64,000 nt of DNA from the NCBI GenBank assembly GCA_040401495.1, contig JBBAOI010000009.1, one strand, 5' to 3'. The DNA comes from Limnohabitans sp. GTDB lineage: Bacteria > Pseudomonadota > Gammaproteobacteria > Burkholderiales > Burkholderiaceae_C. This document shows, piece by piece, positions 1 to 10,469 of this stretch (position 1 is its first letter; every line of letters starts with the position of its first letter). The notes below the pieces were generated by a model that had not been told where the DNA came from, searched no databases, and worked only from the letters and a program-made list of their open reading frames with translations. A program made the translations under genes and the position numbers.

Positions 1-1126
1 TCAAATCCTCGTAATTCAGGGTGGAGGACAGCAAAGCCATGCGCTGCTGGAGTTTGTCCTCTTTGAGCTTGCCTTTTTTGACCTGAGCTTGGTAGTTTTT
101 CTCGATGATGGCCAGCCCACGGTCCAGGGCATCTTGCTTCATCTCCAAAATCTTGACAGGAATTCCAGCGTTGAGGAAGTTCATGCTGATGCCGCCACCC
201 ATGGTGCCAGCCCCAATGACGGCCACGCTTTTGATTTCCCGCACGGGGGTGTCTGAGGGCACATCAGCAATTTTCGTAGTGGCACGTTGCGCCACAAACA
301 AATGGCGCAAAGCGCGGCATTCGGGCGTCCACATCAGGTTGGTGAAGATTTCGCGCTCAGCTTCCATGCCTTGGTCGAACTTCATCTTGGTGGCGTTTTG
401 TACCGCTTCTATGCATTTCAGAGGAGCTGGGTATTTACCCTTGGTCATGCCGTTGACCATGTTGGTAGTGAATTTGAAGAAAGCGTCTGCGTTAGGGTGT
501 TTGCAAGCCATGTCACGCACACGCGGCAAGGGCGAGGTACCGACGACGCTTTTGGCAAAGGCAATGGCTTCGTCCATCAAGGTCGCGGCGCTGGTGGCAA
601 TTTGGTCAAAGAGTTTTTGACCGGGCAACATGGCCAGCATCTCGCTCTTGATGGGTTCGCCACTGACGATCATGTTCAAAGCGGGTTCCACACCCAGCAC
701 ACGCGGCAAACGCTGGGTGCCACCTGCGCCCGGGATGAGGCCGAGCTTGACTTCAGGTAAAGCCACATCGGTGCCGGGCGCTGCAATGCGGTAATGGCAA
801 CCCAGTGCCAACTCCAAGCCCCCGCCCATGGCAACCGTGTGAATCGCAGCCACCACCGGTTTGGTGGCGTTTTCAATCGCAGTAATCAGGGTGAGCAAAT
901 GGGGCTCTTGGATGGCCTTGGGTGAACCAAATTCTTTGATGTCTGCGCCGCCCGAGAAGGCCTTGCCCGCACCCGTGACCACCACCGCTTTCACCGCGTC
1001 GTCAGCCATGGCTTTGCCAAGGCCTTGAATGAACGCTTGGCGGGTGGCCAAACCCAGTCCGTTGACCGGTGGGTTGTTCAAAGTAATGACGGCAACATCG
1101 CCGTGAACTGCATAGTCAGCACTCAT
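1..1126 (-). CDS. Fused enoyl-CoA hydratase / 3-hydroxyacyl-CoA dehydrogenase (FadB/FadJ-like), N-terminal ~375 codons; 3' end lies beyond the window start
   Basis: Not in the ORF track (no stop inside the window). My translation of the minus strand from the ATG at 1126-1124 gives MSADYAVHGDVAVITLNNPPVNGLG..VVTGAGKAFSGGADIKEF..MGGGLELALGCHYRIA (crotonase fold). It continues with ..IKSVAVIGAGTMGGGISMNFLNAGIPVKILE (NAD Rossmann motif of 3-hydroxyacyl-CoA dehydrogenases). The frame stays open to position 1. Confidence 0.85.
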   Translation of the reverse strand, partial: MSADYAVHGDVAVITLNNPPVNGLGLATRQAFIQGLGKAMADDAVKAVVVTGAGKAFSGGADIKEFGSPKAIQEPHLLTLITAIENATKPVVAAIHTVAMGGGLELALGCHYRIAAPGTDVALPEVKLGLIPGAGGTQRLPRVLGVEPALNMIVSGEPIKSEMLAMLPGQKLFDQIATSAATLMDEAIAFAKSVVGTSPLPRVRDMACKHPNADAFFKFTTNMVNGMTKGKYPAPLKCIEAVQNATKMKFDQGMEAEREIFTNLMWTPECRALRHLFVAQRATTKIADVPSDTPVREIKSVAVIGAGTMGGGISMNFLNAGIPVKILEMKQDALDRGLAIIEKNYQAQVKKGKLKEDKLQQRMALLSSTLNYEDL

Positions 1127-1181
1127 AGGAATTCCTTGTCAGAAGCGGGTGAAGAGATAAAAAAAGAACGATCGTACTATT

Positions 1182-1877
1182 TTATACCTCTAACCATTCC
1201 TTGCGAACAGCAGCGTTTGCCCGCAAGGCGTCTGGGGTGCCATCAAAAACCATGCTGCCGTGGCCCATGACCAAGGCACGGTCAGAAATTTGCATGGCAA
1301 TAGTGAGCTTTTGTTCAATTAGCAAGACCGACACCCCACGGTTGCGCAGTTCGCGCAAAAACTGGCCTACCAGTTCAACGATTTTGGGGGCCAAGCCCTC
1401 GGTGGGTTCATCGATGATGATGAGTTCGGGGTCGCCCATGAGGCTGCGGCACAGGGTCAGCATTTGTTGCTCACCCCCAGAAAGTACACCGGCCTCGGTG
1501 TGCTGGCGTTCACGCAAACGCGGAAAGAGTTTGTACATATCTTCAAAATCCCAACGGCCTTGGGGTTTTTCGCCCTTTAAGCCCAGCAAAAGGTTTTGCT
1601 GCACCGTGAGTTTGGGGAAGATGTCGCGGTTTTCAGGCACATAGCCCAAGCCGAGGTGGGCGATCTCAAAGGGCTTGCGCCCTACGATTTGCTGGCCCAG
1701 CCAATCGACACTGCCTTGGGCATCCACCAGCCCCATGATGGCTTTGGCGGTGGTCGAGCGTCCAGAACCGTTGCGACCCAACAGTGCCACAATTTCGCCC
1801 TTGCCAACTGAAAAGCTCACACCATGCAGCACATGGCTTTTGCCGTAATAGGCGTGGAGGTCTTTGACTTGCAACAT
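1182..1877 (-). CDS. livF: Branched-chain amino acid-type ABC transporter ATP-binding protein (LivF family)
   Basis: 231-aa ORF with Walker A GRNGSGRST, ABC signature LSGGEQQML and Walker B LIIIDEPTEGLAP. The start abuts the stop of the upstream ATPase gene. Confidence 0.9.
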   Translation of the reverse strand: MLQVKDLHAYYGKSHVLHGVSFSVGKGEIVALLGRNGSGRSTTAKAIMGLVDAQGSVDWLGQQIVGRKPFEIAHLGLGYVPENRDIFPKLTVQQNLLLGLKGEKPQGRWDFEDMYKLFPRLRERQHTEAGVLSGGEQQMLTLCRSLMGDPELIIIDEPTEGLAPKIVELVGQFLRELRNRGVSVLLIEQKLTIAMQISDRALVMGHGSMVFDGTPDALRANAAVRKEWLEV

Positions 1878-2642
1878 TCAGTGGCTCTCTTGCAAACTGC
1901 CTAAATAGGCCTCTTGCACCAAGGCGTTGGCGCGGACTTTGTCGGGGGTGTCAAACGCGATGATCTCGCCATACACCAGCACCGCGATTTTGTCGGCCAA
2001 GCCAAACACCACGCCCATGTCGTGTTCCACCGCCAGCAAGGTTTTGCCATGCGTGACCTCTTTAATCAGGCCAATAAAACGCTCGGTCTCGCTGTTGTTC
2101 ATGCCAGCAGTGGGTTCATCGAGCAACACCACCTCGGCGCCACCGGCCATGGTGATGCCAATTTCCAAAGCTCGTTGCTCGGCATAGGTCAGGTTCATGG
2201 CGAGTGTGTCACGCTTAGGCGCCAAACGGATGCGCTGCATCCAGTTCTCGGCCAGTTCGTTAGCGTCTTTCAAATTGCCCAAGAAAGACCAAAAGCTGTA
2301 ACGGTGGCCCAAACTCCACAGCACCGCGCAGCGCAGGTTTTCAAACACGCTGAGTTTGGGAAAAATATTGGTGATTTGGAAGCTGCGTGACAAGCCCATG
2401 CGGTTGATCTCAAAGGGCTTGAGTCCGTCAATGCGCTGCCCCTTGAGGCTGATACTGCCAGCGCTTGGAGCAAAGCGACCGCTAATGAGGTTAAACAGCG
2501 TGGACTTGCCAGCGCCGTTGGGACCAATGATGGCGACCCTCTCCCCCGCCTTGACCTGTAAGTTCACCCCACGGATGATTTCTGTTTTGCCAAACTGTTT
2601 GGTCAGGCCTTGGATGTCCAGCGAAAACGACGCATCGTTCAT
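1878..2642 (-). CDS. livG: Branched-chain amino acid-type ABC transporter ATP-binding protein (LivG family)
   Basis: ORF 1878-2696 trimmed to MNDASFSLDIQGL (ATG at 2642), because that ATG overlaps the livM stop as ATGA. Walker A GPNGAGKST and Walker B VVLLDEPTAGM are present. Confidence 0.88.
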   Translation of the reverse strand: MNDASFSLDIQGLTKQFGKTEIIRGVNLQVKAGERVAIIGPNGAGKSTLFNLISGRFAPSAGSISLKGQRIDGLKPFEINRMGLSRSFQITNIFPKLSVFENLRCAVLWSLGHRYSFWSFLGNLKDANELAENWMQRIRLAPKRDTLAMNLTYAEQRALEIGITMAGGAEVVLLDEPTAGMNNSETERFIGLIKEVTHGKTLLAVEHDMGVVFGLADKIAVLVYGEIIAFDTPDKVRANALVQEAYLGSLQESH

Positions 2643-3913
2643 GCGGCCTCCTTGGCTTGTTGAGCGGCGGCGATCTCTGTTTGTATATCTCCCCAAACCA
2701 AGGAAAAGCGGCGACGCACCGTTTCAAACACGGCCAAACCTACAGTGAGCAAGGCAAGCGAAACGCCCCATGTCGAGCCACTGTCGGTATTGAGTACCCA
2801 ACCTGCAAAGGCCAGTTCAGGGCCGTTAGCGGCATTGAGTTGCAGGTGGTAAATCATCTCAACCAAAGCGCCTGCACCTGCCAACATCAAGCCCATCGCC
2901 ACAGCCAAACCTGCATAGGAGGGCAGCAAGCGCTTGAAGGCACCAGTTTTTGCAATCCTGAGATTCATCATGATCAAACCCGCCAAGCCCCCTGGGGCAT
3001 ACACCACCATGAACAAAAACACCAAACCAAGGTAGAGCAACCACGCTTTGGTGATTTCAGACAGCAGCACAAAGGCCAGCACCATCAATATGCCGCCCAA
3101 AATAGGTCCGAAGAAAACCGTTGCACCCCCTAAAAAGGTGAACAATAAGTAAGACCCCGAGCGCGCAGGCCCGACCACTTCAGCAGTGACGATTTCAAAA
3201 TTGATGGCCCCCAAACCACCCGCAATGCCTGCAAAAAAGCCGGCAATGATGAAGGCTCGGTAGCGCACTTGCTGGGTGTTGTAGCCCACAAATTCCACAC
3301 GTTCGGGGTTGTCACGCACCGCATTCAATATGCGCCCCAAGGGAGTTTGGGTCAAGGCGTACAAGAGCGCCACAGAGACAAAGGTGTAAAAAGCAATCAG
3401 GTAGTAGACCTGCCGTTGGGGTCCAAAAGTGATGCCCATGAAAGCCTCGCCCACCACGCGGTTGGCTGACACGCCGGCCTCACCGCCAAAAAACTCGGAG
3501 AACATCAGCGACATGGCAAACACCAACTCGGCCATGCCCAGCGTGATCATGGAAAACGTGGTTCCTGATTTTTTGGTGGTCACATAGCCCAGCAAAATGG
3601 CGAAACCCATGCCTGCCAAACCACCCACCAAGGGAAGAATCACCACAGGCAGGTGCAGCACGCCCTGCCCAATCGCATTGAGCGCATGGATGGCAAAGTA
3701 ACTGCCCATGCCGCTGTAGACCGCATGGCCAAAGCTGAGCATTCCGCCTTGTCCCAGCAGCAAGTTGTAGGACAGGCAAGCGATGATGGCGATGCCCATT
3801 TGCGACAGCATGGTTTGTGACAAATTGCTGGTGAACAGCCAAGGCGCTACCACCAATACCAGCGCAAAGCCCAGCCACACGCCATAACGAGTCAAGAGGT
3901 TTGACATGCTCAT
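2639..3913 (-). CDS. livM: Branched-chain amino acid-type ABC transporter permease (LivM family)
   Basis: 424-aa polytopic hydrophobic ORF of the LivM type. It has 4-nt overlaps with both neighbours. Confidence 0.88.
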   Translation of the reverse strand: MSMSNLLTRYGVWLGFALVLVVAPWLFTSNLSQTMLSQMGIAIIACLSYNLLLGQGGMLSFGHAVYSGMGSYFAIHALNAIGQGVLHLPVVILPLVGGLAGMGFAILLGYVTTKKSGTTFSMITLGMAELVFAMSLMFSEFFGGEAGVSANRVVGEAFMGITFGPQRQVYYLIAFYTFVSVALLYALTQTPLGRILNAVRDNPERVEFVGYNTQQVRYRAFIIAGFFAGIAGGLGAINFEIVTAEVVGPARSGSYLLFTFLGGATVFFGPILGGILMVLAFVLLSEITKAWLLYLGLVFLFMVVYAPGGLAGLIMMNLRIAKTGAFKRLLPSYAGLAVAMGLMLAGAGALVEMIYHLQLNAANGPELAFAGWVLNTDSGSTWGVSLALLTVGLAVFETVRRRFSLVWGDIQTEIAAAQQAKEAA

Positions 3914-4941
3914 GTGTCCCGTTTGCCAAGTAAACCGCGTGGGCGAAAAATCAAAATCAGCACCAACATCAGGTAGGGCAAGATGGGAGCAACTTGTGAC
4001 ACCGTGAGTTTGATCACGCTGTTATTTTTCCAATCGGCAGAAAGCGGCAAGCCAATATCTTTGACCAGTTGCAACAAGGAATAGTCAATCGCCACGGCAA
4101 AGGTTTGCACGATGCCGATGACAAGCGAAGCTAAAAATGCACCGCTGAGAGAACCCATGCCACCCACCACCACCACCACAAAAATGACCGATCCCACGGT
4201 GGCTGCCATGGCTGGCTCGGTGATGAAGGTGAACCCTCCAATCACACCCGCCAAGCCAGCCAAGCCTGTTCCCATGGCAAACACCAGCATGAACACACGA
4301 GGCACGTTGTGACCCAAGGTTTCCACGGTTTCGGGGTGCGTAAGTGCCGCTTGGATGATGAGACCCGCACGGGTGCGGGTCAGCACCCACCAAAGGCTGA
4401 TAACCATGGCAATGGCTGTGAACATAATGAAAGCGCGGGTAGCAGGGAAAGGGGTGCAAACAATGCGCACCGCGGTATCTGTGGCTTGACAGACCTCGCC
4501 GCCTGCACCTGAAACCAGCGACAAACCCAGTTGGCCGTGGTTGATCAGGGTGAATACTGGGCCTTGCAAGAAGGCAGGCGGGGTGAACTCCACCGCCACC
4601 CGTCCCCACAAGAGTTGCACCAACTCCAGCACGATGTAGGACAGACCAAACGTGACCAGCAACTCGGAGACATGGCCCATTTTGTGGACTTTGCGCAGAA
4701 CTTTGCTCTCGAACAAAGCGCCAGCCGCCCCCGTCAAAACAGGTGCCAAAACCAAGGCGGGCCAGAACCCGATTCGACTCTCTAAGGTATAGCCGAAATA
4801 AGCACCCAACATATAAAAACTGGCGTGCGCAAAATTGAGCACCCCCATCATGCTGAAGATCAGGGTCAGGCCAGAGCTGAGCATGAACAGCAACAGGCCA
4901 TAGCTCAGCCCATTGAGCGAGGAGATAAGGAAAAATTCCAT
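3910..4941 (-). CDS. livH: Branched-chain amino acid-type ABC transporter permease (LivH family)
   Basis: 343-aa polytopic hydrophobic ORF of the LivH type. Its stop overlaps the livM start. Confidence 0.88.
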   Translation of the reverse strand: MEFFLISSLNGLSYGLLLFMLSSGLTLIFSMMGVLNFAHASFYMLGAYFGYTLESRIGFWPALVLAPVLTGAAGALFESKVLRKVHKMGHVSELLVTFGLSYIVLELVQLLWGRVAVEFTPPAFLQGPVFTLINHGQLGLSLVSGAGGEVCQATDTAVRIVCTPFPATRAFIMFTAIAMVISLWWVLTRTRAGLIIQAALTHPETVETLGHNVPRVFMLVFAMGTGLAGLAGVIGGFTFITEPAMAATVGSVIFVVVVVGGMGSLSGAFLASLVIGIVQTFAVAIDYSLLQLVKDIGLPLSADWKNNSVIKLTVSQVAPILPYLMLVLILIFRPRGLLGKRDT

Positions 4942-5011
4942 GTCAGATCATGGCACTTAAAGCTGTCTCTAGATCACGCAGGGACAGCGAAAAAGCACCC
5001 ATGCAACTCGA

Positions 5012-6244
5012 TCAGGAAGGCATCTTCATCTGGCAGCTGGTCGGTGTGCTCGAGACATAAGGCTCAAAAGTTTTCACCAGCGCCAAGGTCATGCCCGTGT
5101 TTTCTACACTGTAAGGGAACTTTTTATCCGCTTTTTGCCAAACGGTCATGAACAGGGTTTGCTGCATTTGATGGTCAAGATTGCGCATTTCCATGTCGCC
5201 GTTGTAGCCCTTGAATTTGTGACCATGCATGGCGGCAGCCACTTTGACAGGGTCGGTGGAGCCCGCTTTGGCCATGGCTTGGGTGAGTAAATCAAAAATG
5301 CCGATCATGGAACCGGTGTACAAATCGTCGTTGTACTTGGCTTTGAAGCCTGCCAAGTACTGGCTCATGCGTCCGCCCATGTTGTAGTGGGCGTAGGCAA
5401 TTTGGTAAACGCGGCCAGCGCCGCTTTGGCCCAATGCGGTGGGCGTGCCGGTCACACCGGCGTAATAGGTGAAGAAGCGGCCGTTGTAGCCGCCCTCATT
5501 GGCAGCTTTGACCAACAAGGCAAGGTCAGAGCCCCAATTGCCAGTGATGACAGAGTCAGCGCCAGAGGCTTTGATTTTGGCGATGTAAGGTGCGAAGTCA
5601 CGCACCTGCGCCAAGGGGTGCAGGTCTTCGCCAACGATTTCAATATCGGGGCGCTTGCGACTCAGGTTTTCCTTGGCGTATTTGATGACTTGCTGGCCAT
5701 GTGAATAGTTTTGGTTCAACAAAAAGACTTTTTTCACCTCAGGCATACCCTTGATGAAGGTGGTCATGGCTTCCATCTTCATGGAGGTGTCTGCATCAAA
5801 ACGGAAATGCCAATAGCTGCATTTGCTGTTGGTGAAGTCGGGGTCCACCGCAGAGTGGTTGAGGAAGATGATTTCTTTGCCAGGGTTGCGTTCGTTGTGT
5901 TTGTTCACAGCGTCTAGCAACGCACCCGCAACTGATGAACCATTGCCTTGCGTGATGTAGCGCACACCTTGGTCCATGGCTGACTTGAGTTGGTTCAAAC
6001 TTTCAGCGGGGCTGAGTTTGTTGTCCAAGCCAATGATTTCAAACTTCACACCTGCAGGGTTGCTTTTGTTGGTTTCCTCGGCAAGGTATTGCAGGGTTTT
6101 CAACTGGTTGGAACCGACGGGGGCCATCAGGCCAGACAAGGGGTCAATCCAAGCTATCTTGACGGTTTCACCCTTTTGGGCATAAGCGTTCAAAGACAAA
6201 ATACTGGTCAGTGTCAAAGCCAGCCATGTTTTATTCGGTGCCAT
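5012..6244 (-). CDS. Periplasmic substrate-binding protein of the Leu/Ile/Val-binding (type I PBP) family
   Basis: 410-aa ORF with signal peptide MAPNKTWLALTLTSILSLNAYAQ. It heads the permease/ATPase genes. The true ligand is unknown (see findings). Confidence 0.85.
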   Translation of the reverse strand: MAPNKTWLALTLTSILSLNAYAQKGETVKIAWIDPLSGLMAPVGSNQLKTLQYLAEETNKSNPAGVKFEIIGLDNKLSPAESLNQLKSAMDQGVRYITQGNGSSVAGALLDAVNKHNERNPGKEIIFLNHSAVDPDFTNSKCSYWHFRFDADTSMKMEAMTTFIKGMPEVKKVFLLNQNYSHGQQVIKYAKENLSRKRPDIEIVGEDLHPLAQVRDFAPYIAKIKASGADSVITGNWGSDLALLVKAANEGGYNGRFFTYYAGVTGTPTALGQSGAGRVYQIAYAHYNMGGRMSQYLAGFKAKYNDDLYTGSMIGIFDLLTQAMAKAGSTDPVKVAAAMHGHKFKGYNGDMEMRNLDHQMQQTLFMTVWQKADKKFPYSVENTGMTLALVKTFEPYVSSTPTSCQMKMPS

Positions 6245-6311
6245 TCAAGTCTCCTGATTTCAATACCCTGAGCGTAATCGCAAACAGGGTTTTACACGGC
6301 TAGGGAATATC

Positions 6312-7937
6312 CTAGGAAGGAAGTTGATAAGTGCTCAACATTTCACGCAGTTTGGTCTTGAGCATTTTTCCTGTTGCGCCTAGCGGTATGGATTCGACAA
6401 AAACCACATCATCAGGAATTTGCCATTTCGCAATTTTCCCTTCGTAAAACTTCAGCAACTCCTCACGCACCACGGTTTTACCCGGTTTGAGCACCACCAC
6501 CACGATAGGGCGCTCGTCCCATTTGGGATGTGCCATGCCTATGCAAGCGGCCATCAACACATCGGGGTGCGCCATGGCGATGTTTTCTACGTCGATGGAA
6601 CTGATCCATTCGCCGCCCGACTTGATGACGTCTTTGCTACGGTCAGTGATTTGCATGTAACCATCGGCATCCACTGTGGCCACATCTCCCGTGGGAAACC
6701 AACCGTCCACCAAGGGCGAAGCGCCTTCTTGCTTGAAATATTCATTGATGACCCAAGGCCCTTTGACCAATAAATCGCCATAGGCTTTGCCGTCTTGGGC
6801 TTGTTCTTTGCCGCTGTCGTCCACGATTTTGAAGTCAATACCAAAAATCGCTCGCCCTTGCTTCAAGCGAATTTTCATCTTCTCGTCTTCAGGCAAATCG
6901 AGGTGCTTGTTTTTCAAGGTACACAAGGTGCCCAAGGGGCTGAGTTCAGTCATGCCCCAAGCGTGCAGCACTTCCACGCCATATTGATTGTTGAATGCCT
7001 CAATCATGGCGGGCGGACAGGCCGAGCCGCCTATGACTGTGCGTTTCAAGTAATTGAAGCGCAGCTTGTTGGCGCTCAGGTGACCCAAGAGCATTTGCCA
7101 TACGGTTGGTACACCCGCAGCTAAGGTCACTTTTTCAGTTTCCAGCAATTCGTAAATTGACTTGCCGTCCAGCGCCGCTCCTGGGAAGACCAACTTGGCG
7201 CCGACCATGGCCGCGCTGTAAGGGATGCCCCAAGCGCTGACGTGGAACATGGGAACCACTGGCAGTATCGAGTCACGCGCAGACAGACACATGACATCGG
7301 GCAAGGCGCAGGCATAAGCGTGAAGCACGGTGGAGCGATGACTGTAAAGCGCCGCTTTGGGGTTGCCCGTGGTGCCACTGGTGTAGCACATGCAAGATGC
7401 CGAGTTTTCGTTCAAGGTCGGCCATACATAGGCATTGGACTGTTGGCTCATCCAGCTTTCATAGCTGACCAAGCCAGGAATGCCGCTGTCGGCAGGCAGT
7501 TGGTCTGCGTCGCACAAGGCCACCCAATGCTTCACCGTGCTGCATCGCGCATGGATTTGCTGGGCAATGGGCAAAAAGGTCATGTCAAAGCACATCACCT
7601 CGTCTTCGGCATGGTTGGCAATCCAAACAATTTGGTCAGGATGCAAGCGAGGGTTAAGGGTATGAATAACTCGCCCACTGCTGCTCACACCAAAATACAA
7701 CTCCAAATGCCTGTAACCATTCCATGCCAAGGTAGCAACTCTGGCGCCTTGGCCAATCTTCCATTGGTCCAAAGCATTGGCGACTTGACGGGAGCGACTG
7801 GCAATGGCTGCCCAAGTGCTGCGATGGATATCGCCTTCCAATCGGCGCGACACGATTTCCACATCGCCATGGTGTTTTTCCGCAAAATCAATCAAAGAGC
7901 CGACAGATAAAGCTTGTTGTTGCATCAGTCCGAGCAT
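6312..7937 (-). CDS. AMP-dependent acyl-CoA synthetase (medium/long-chain fatty acid-CoA ligase family)
   Basis: 541-aa ORF with AMP-binding motif [11 protein letters not shown], followed by GWFPTGD and [15 protein letters not shown]. Confidence 0.9.
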   Translation of the reverse strand: MLGLMQQQALSVGSLIDFAEKHHGDVEIVSRRLEGDIHRSTWAAIASRSRQVANALDQWKIGQGARVATLAWNGYRHLELYFGVSSSGRVIHTLNPRLHPDQIVWIANHAEDEVMCFDMTFLPIAQQIHARCSTVKHWVALCDADQLPADSGIPGLVSYESWMSQQSNAYVWPTLNENSASCMCYTSGTTGNPKAALYSHRSTVLHAYACALPDVMCLSARDSILPVVPMFHVSAWGIPYSAAMVGAKLVFPGAALDGKSIYELLETEKVTLAAGVPTVWQMLLGHLSANKLRFNYLKRTVIGGSACPPAMIEAFNNQYGVEVLHAWGMTELSPLGTLCTLKNKHLDLPEDEKMKIRLKQGRAIFGIDFKIVDDSGKEQAQDGKAYGDLLVKGPWVINEYFKQEGASPLVDGWFPTGDVATVDADGYMQITDRSKDVIKSGGEWISSIDVENIAMAHPDVLMAACIGMAHPKWDERPIVVVVLKPGKTVVREELLKFYEGKIAKWQIPDDVVFVESIPLGATGKMLKTKLREMLSTYQLPS

Positions 7938-8003
7938 GGACAGTCTCCTAGGGTCATCGCCCCGTACGGTTTAAGGTTGGGACGTATTGTGCACAATCTC
8001 ACT

Positions 8004-9500
8004 ATGCAATCTTTGGCTGATCCTTTATCTACCCTCGTTTGGCGCAACCGTTTCGCCACTTTGGGCGCCTCTTTTTTCACGCCTGTGAACGCTGCTCCAT
8101 TGCGCGATGTGCATTGGGTAGCTCGCAGCGACGCTTTGGCACACACTTTGGGCCTTCATGCAGATTGGTGGCAAGCCAACACCAGCCTGCAAGCTTTGGC
8201 GGGCAATGAGGTGCTGCCAGGTAGTCAGCCCTTGGCCAGTGTTTACAGCGGTCATCAGTTCGGTGTGTGGGCGGGTCAGTTGGGTGACGGGCGGGCTTTG
8301 TGGCTTGGAGAAATCGACACACCCATAGGCTCGCAAGAAGTACAACTCAAAGGCGCGGGTTTGACGCCCTATTCCCGCATGGGCGACGGGCGGGCTGTGC
8401 TGCGATCGAGTATTCGTGAGTTTTTATGCAGCGAAGCCATGCATGGCTTGGGCATAGCCACCACCCGTGCCTTGGCTATCGTGGGTTCACCCGACAAGGT
8501 GTTGCGTGAAGAGGTGGAAACCGCTGCGGTGGTCACGCGAGTGGCGCCTAGCTTTTTGCGGTTTGGGCATTTTGAGCATTTCGCGGCTCTTGGTAGGCAT
8601 GAGGAGTTACAGCAACTCGCCGACCATGCTATTGCAAACCACTTCCCTGAACTTTTGTCGCTTCCCAACGCAGCCGCGCGGTATTTGGGCATGTTGGAGA
8701 CGGTGGTGCAGCGCACTGCCGCCCTTTTGGCCCATTGGCAGTCGGTGGGGTTTTGCCATGGCGTGATGAACACCGACAACATGAGCTTGTTGGGCCTGAC
8801 CATTGACTACGGGCCCTTCCAATTTTTAGATGGCTTTGACCCTGCCCACATTTGCAACCACTCCGATCACCAAGGCCGCTATGCCTATGCACGGCAACCG
8901 CAGATCGCTTTTTGGAATCTGTATTGCTTGGGCCAAGCATTACTCCCGCTGGTTCAAGACCAAGATGCCACGGTGAACGTGCTGGATGTTTATAAAACAG
9001 CTTACCCAGTCCAACTCGACCAACGCATGGCAGCCAAACTGGGGCTGCAAGAAGTCAAAACTGGCGACCACGAATTGATCGATGCGGTGTTTCGCCTGTT
9101 GGCCACAGAACGCACCGACTACACGATTTTTTGGCGACGCTTGAGTCAAGCCGTGGCTGGTTTCGCGCAAAGCAACCAAGCATCCGCGTTTGACAGGGTG
9201 GGCGATATGTTCATAGAGCCAACTGCTTGGCAAGCTTGGCTGGGGCAGTATCTGACTCGATTGTCTGGCGAGGACTTGCGCCGCAGCGCCCAAGCCATGC
9301 TGGCTTGCAACCCCAAATTTGTTTTGCGCAACCATTTGGGCGAGCAAGCTATTCGCCAAGCGAAAATGGGCGACTTTTCCGAGGTGGCTGTCTTGTTGAA
9401 GTTACTGAGTGCGCCGTTTGACGAGCACCTAGACTTTGAGAGCCATGCCGCCTTCCCGCCCGATTGGGCTTCAACCATTTCCATCAGTTGTTCTTCATGA
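8004..9500 (+). CDS. selO: Protein adenylyltransferase SelO (YdiU/UPF0061)
   Basis: ORF 7914-9500 trimmed to MQSLADPL (ATG 8004). Hallmarks are [45 protein letters not shown] and [21 protein letters not shown]. Confidence 0.88.
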   Translation: MQSLADPLSTLVWRNRFATLGASFFTPVNAAPLRDVHWVARSDALAHTLGLHADWWQANTSLQALAGNEVLPGSQPLASVYSGHQFGVWAGQLGDGRALWLGEIDTPIGSQEVQLKGAGLTPYSRMGDGRAVLRSSIREFLCSEAMHGLGIATTRALAIVGSPDKVLREEVETAAVVTRVAPSFLRFGHFEHFAALGRHEELQQLADHAIANHFPELLSLPNAAARYLGMLETVVQRTAALLAHWQSVGFCHGVMNTDNMSLLGLTIDYGPFQFLDGFDPAHICNHSDHQGRYAYARQPQIAFWNLYCLGQALLPLVQDQDATVNVLDVYKTAYPVQLDQRMAAKLGLQEVKTGDHELIDAVFRLLATERTDYTIFWRRLSQAVAGFAQSNQASAFDRVGDMFIEPTAWQAWLGQYLTRLSGEDLRRSAQAMLACNPKFVLRNHLGEQAIRQAKMGDFSEVAVLLKLLSAPFDEHLDFESHAAFPPDWASTISISCSS

Positions 9501-9913
9501 CAGACCTTCCCAAGACCCCAGAACAATGGCGAGCTTTGTTGGCCAGCAAAGGCGGCGAACCTTTGGCCTATGAAGTCACAAGGCAAGCTGCCACCGAGCG
9601 AGCTTTCACCGGACGCTATGAAGGCCATTGGGCCAAAGGCCAGTACCGCTGCATTTGCTGTGACGCGCTGCTGTTTGATGACAGCACCAAGTTTGACTCG
9701 GGCTGCGGTTGGCCAAGCTTTTACCAAAGCGCGGTGGCGGGTGCCATCGAAGAGCGGGTGGACCGAGCGCACGGCATGGTACGCACCGAGACAGTTTGCG
9801 CTCAATGTGGCGCCCATTTAGGCCATGTCTTTACTGACGGCCCCGCCCCCACCGGTTTACGCTACTGCATGAACTCGGCGGCCTTGCAGTTTGATCCCCA
9901 AGACAAGGGCTGA
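9497..9913 (+). CDS. msrB: Peptide-methionine (R)-S-oxide reductase MsrB
   Basis: ORF trimmed to [11 protein letters not shown] (ATG 9497, ATGA overlap with the selO stop). SelR/MsrB motifs [27 protein letters not shown] and RYCMNS are present. Confidence 0.92.
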   Translation: MTDLPKTPEQWRALLASKGGEPLAYEVTRQAATERAFTGRYEGHWAKGQYRCICCDALLFDDSTKFDSGCGWPSFYQSAVAGAIEERVDRAHGMVRTETVCAQCGAHLGHVFTDGPAPTGLRYCMNSAALQFDPQDKG

Positions 9914-9914
9914 T

Positions 9915-10469
9915 ATGAAGCTGTTGACTGATTTTTTACCCATCGCCCTGTTTTTCATCACCTTCAAGTTGGCCGGCATTTATGTGGCCACGGGTGTGGC
10001 GATTGCGGCTACTTTGCTGCAAATTGGCTGGCTGTACTTTCGCAATGGCAAGGTTGAAGCCATGCAGTGGGTTAGCTTGGTCGTCATTGTTTTATTTGGC
10101 GGTGCGACCTTGGTGTTTCACGACGACACCTTCATCAAATGGAAACCTACCGTGCTGTACTGGCTGATGGGTGGTGCTTTGGCCTTGGGGCATCTGGTGC
10201 TAAAGCGCAATTTTTTGCAAAGCTTAATGGGCTCACAACTGGAGCTTCCCGATACAGCTTGGCTGCGTTTGTTATGGGCGTGGACTGGTTTTTTTGCTCT
10301 CATGGGCGTGCTCAACTTGTGGGTGGCCTATAACTTTGACCTTGACACTTGGGTGAGTTACAAATTGTTTGGTGGTATGGGTTTGATGCTGGTGTTTGTG
10401 GTGGCGCAAGCCCTCTACCTCAGTCGCTTCATCAAGCCCGAAGAGGCTGGACCGGAAGAAACCCCATGA
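9915..10469 (+). CDS. yciB: Intracellular septation protein A (YciB/IspZ family inner-membrane protein)
   Basis: ORF trimmed to MKLLTDFLPIALFFITFK (ATG 9915, 1 nt after the msrB stop). It has about five hydrophobic helices and a family-typical N-terminus. Confidence 0.85.
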   Translation: MKLLTDFLPIALFFITFKLAGIYVATGVAIAATLLQIGWLYFRNGKVEAMQWVSLVVIVLFGGATLVFHDDTFIKWKPTVLYWLMGGALALGHLVLKRNFLQSLMGSQLELPDTAWLRLLWAWTGFFALMGVLNLWVAYNFDLDTWVSYKLFGGMGLMLVFVVAQALYLSRFIKPEEAGPEETP

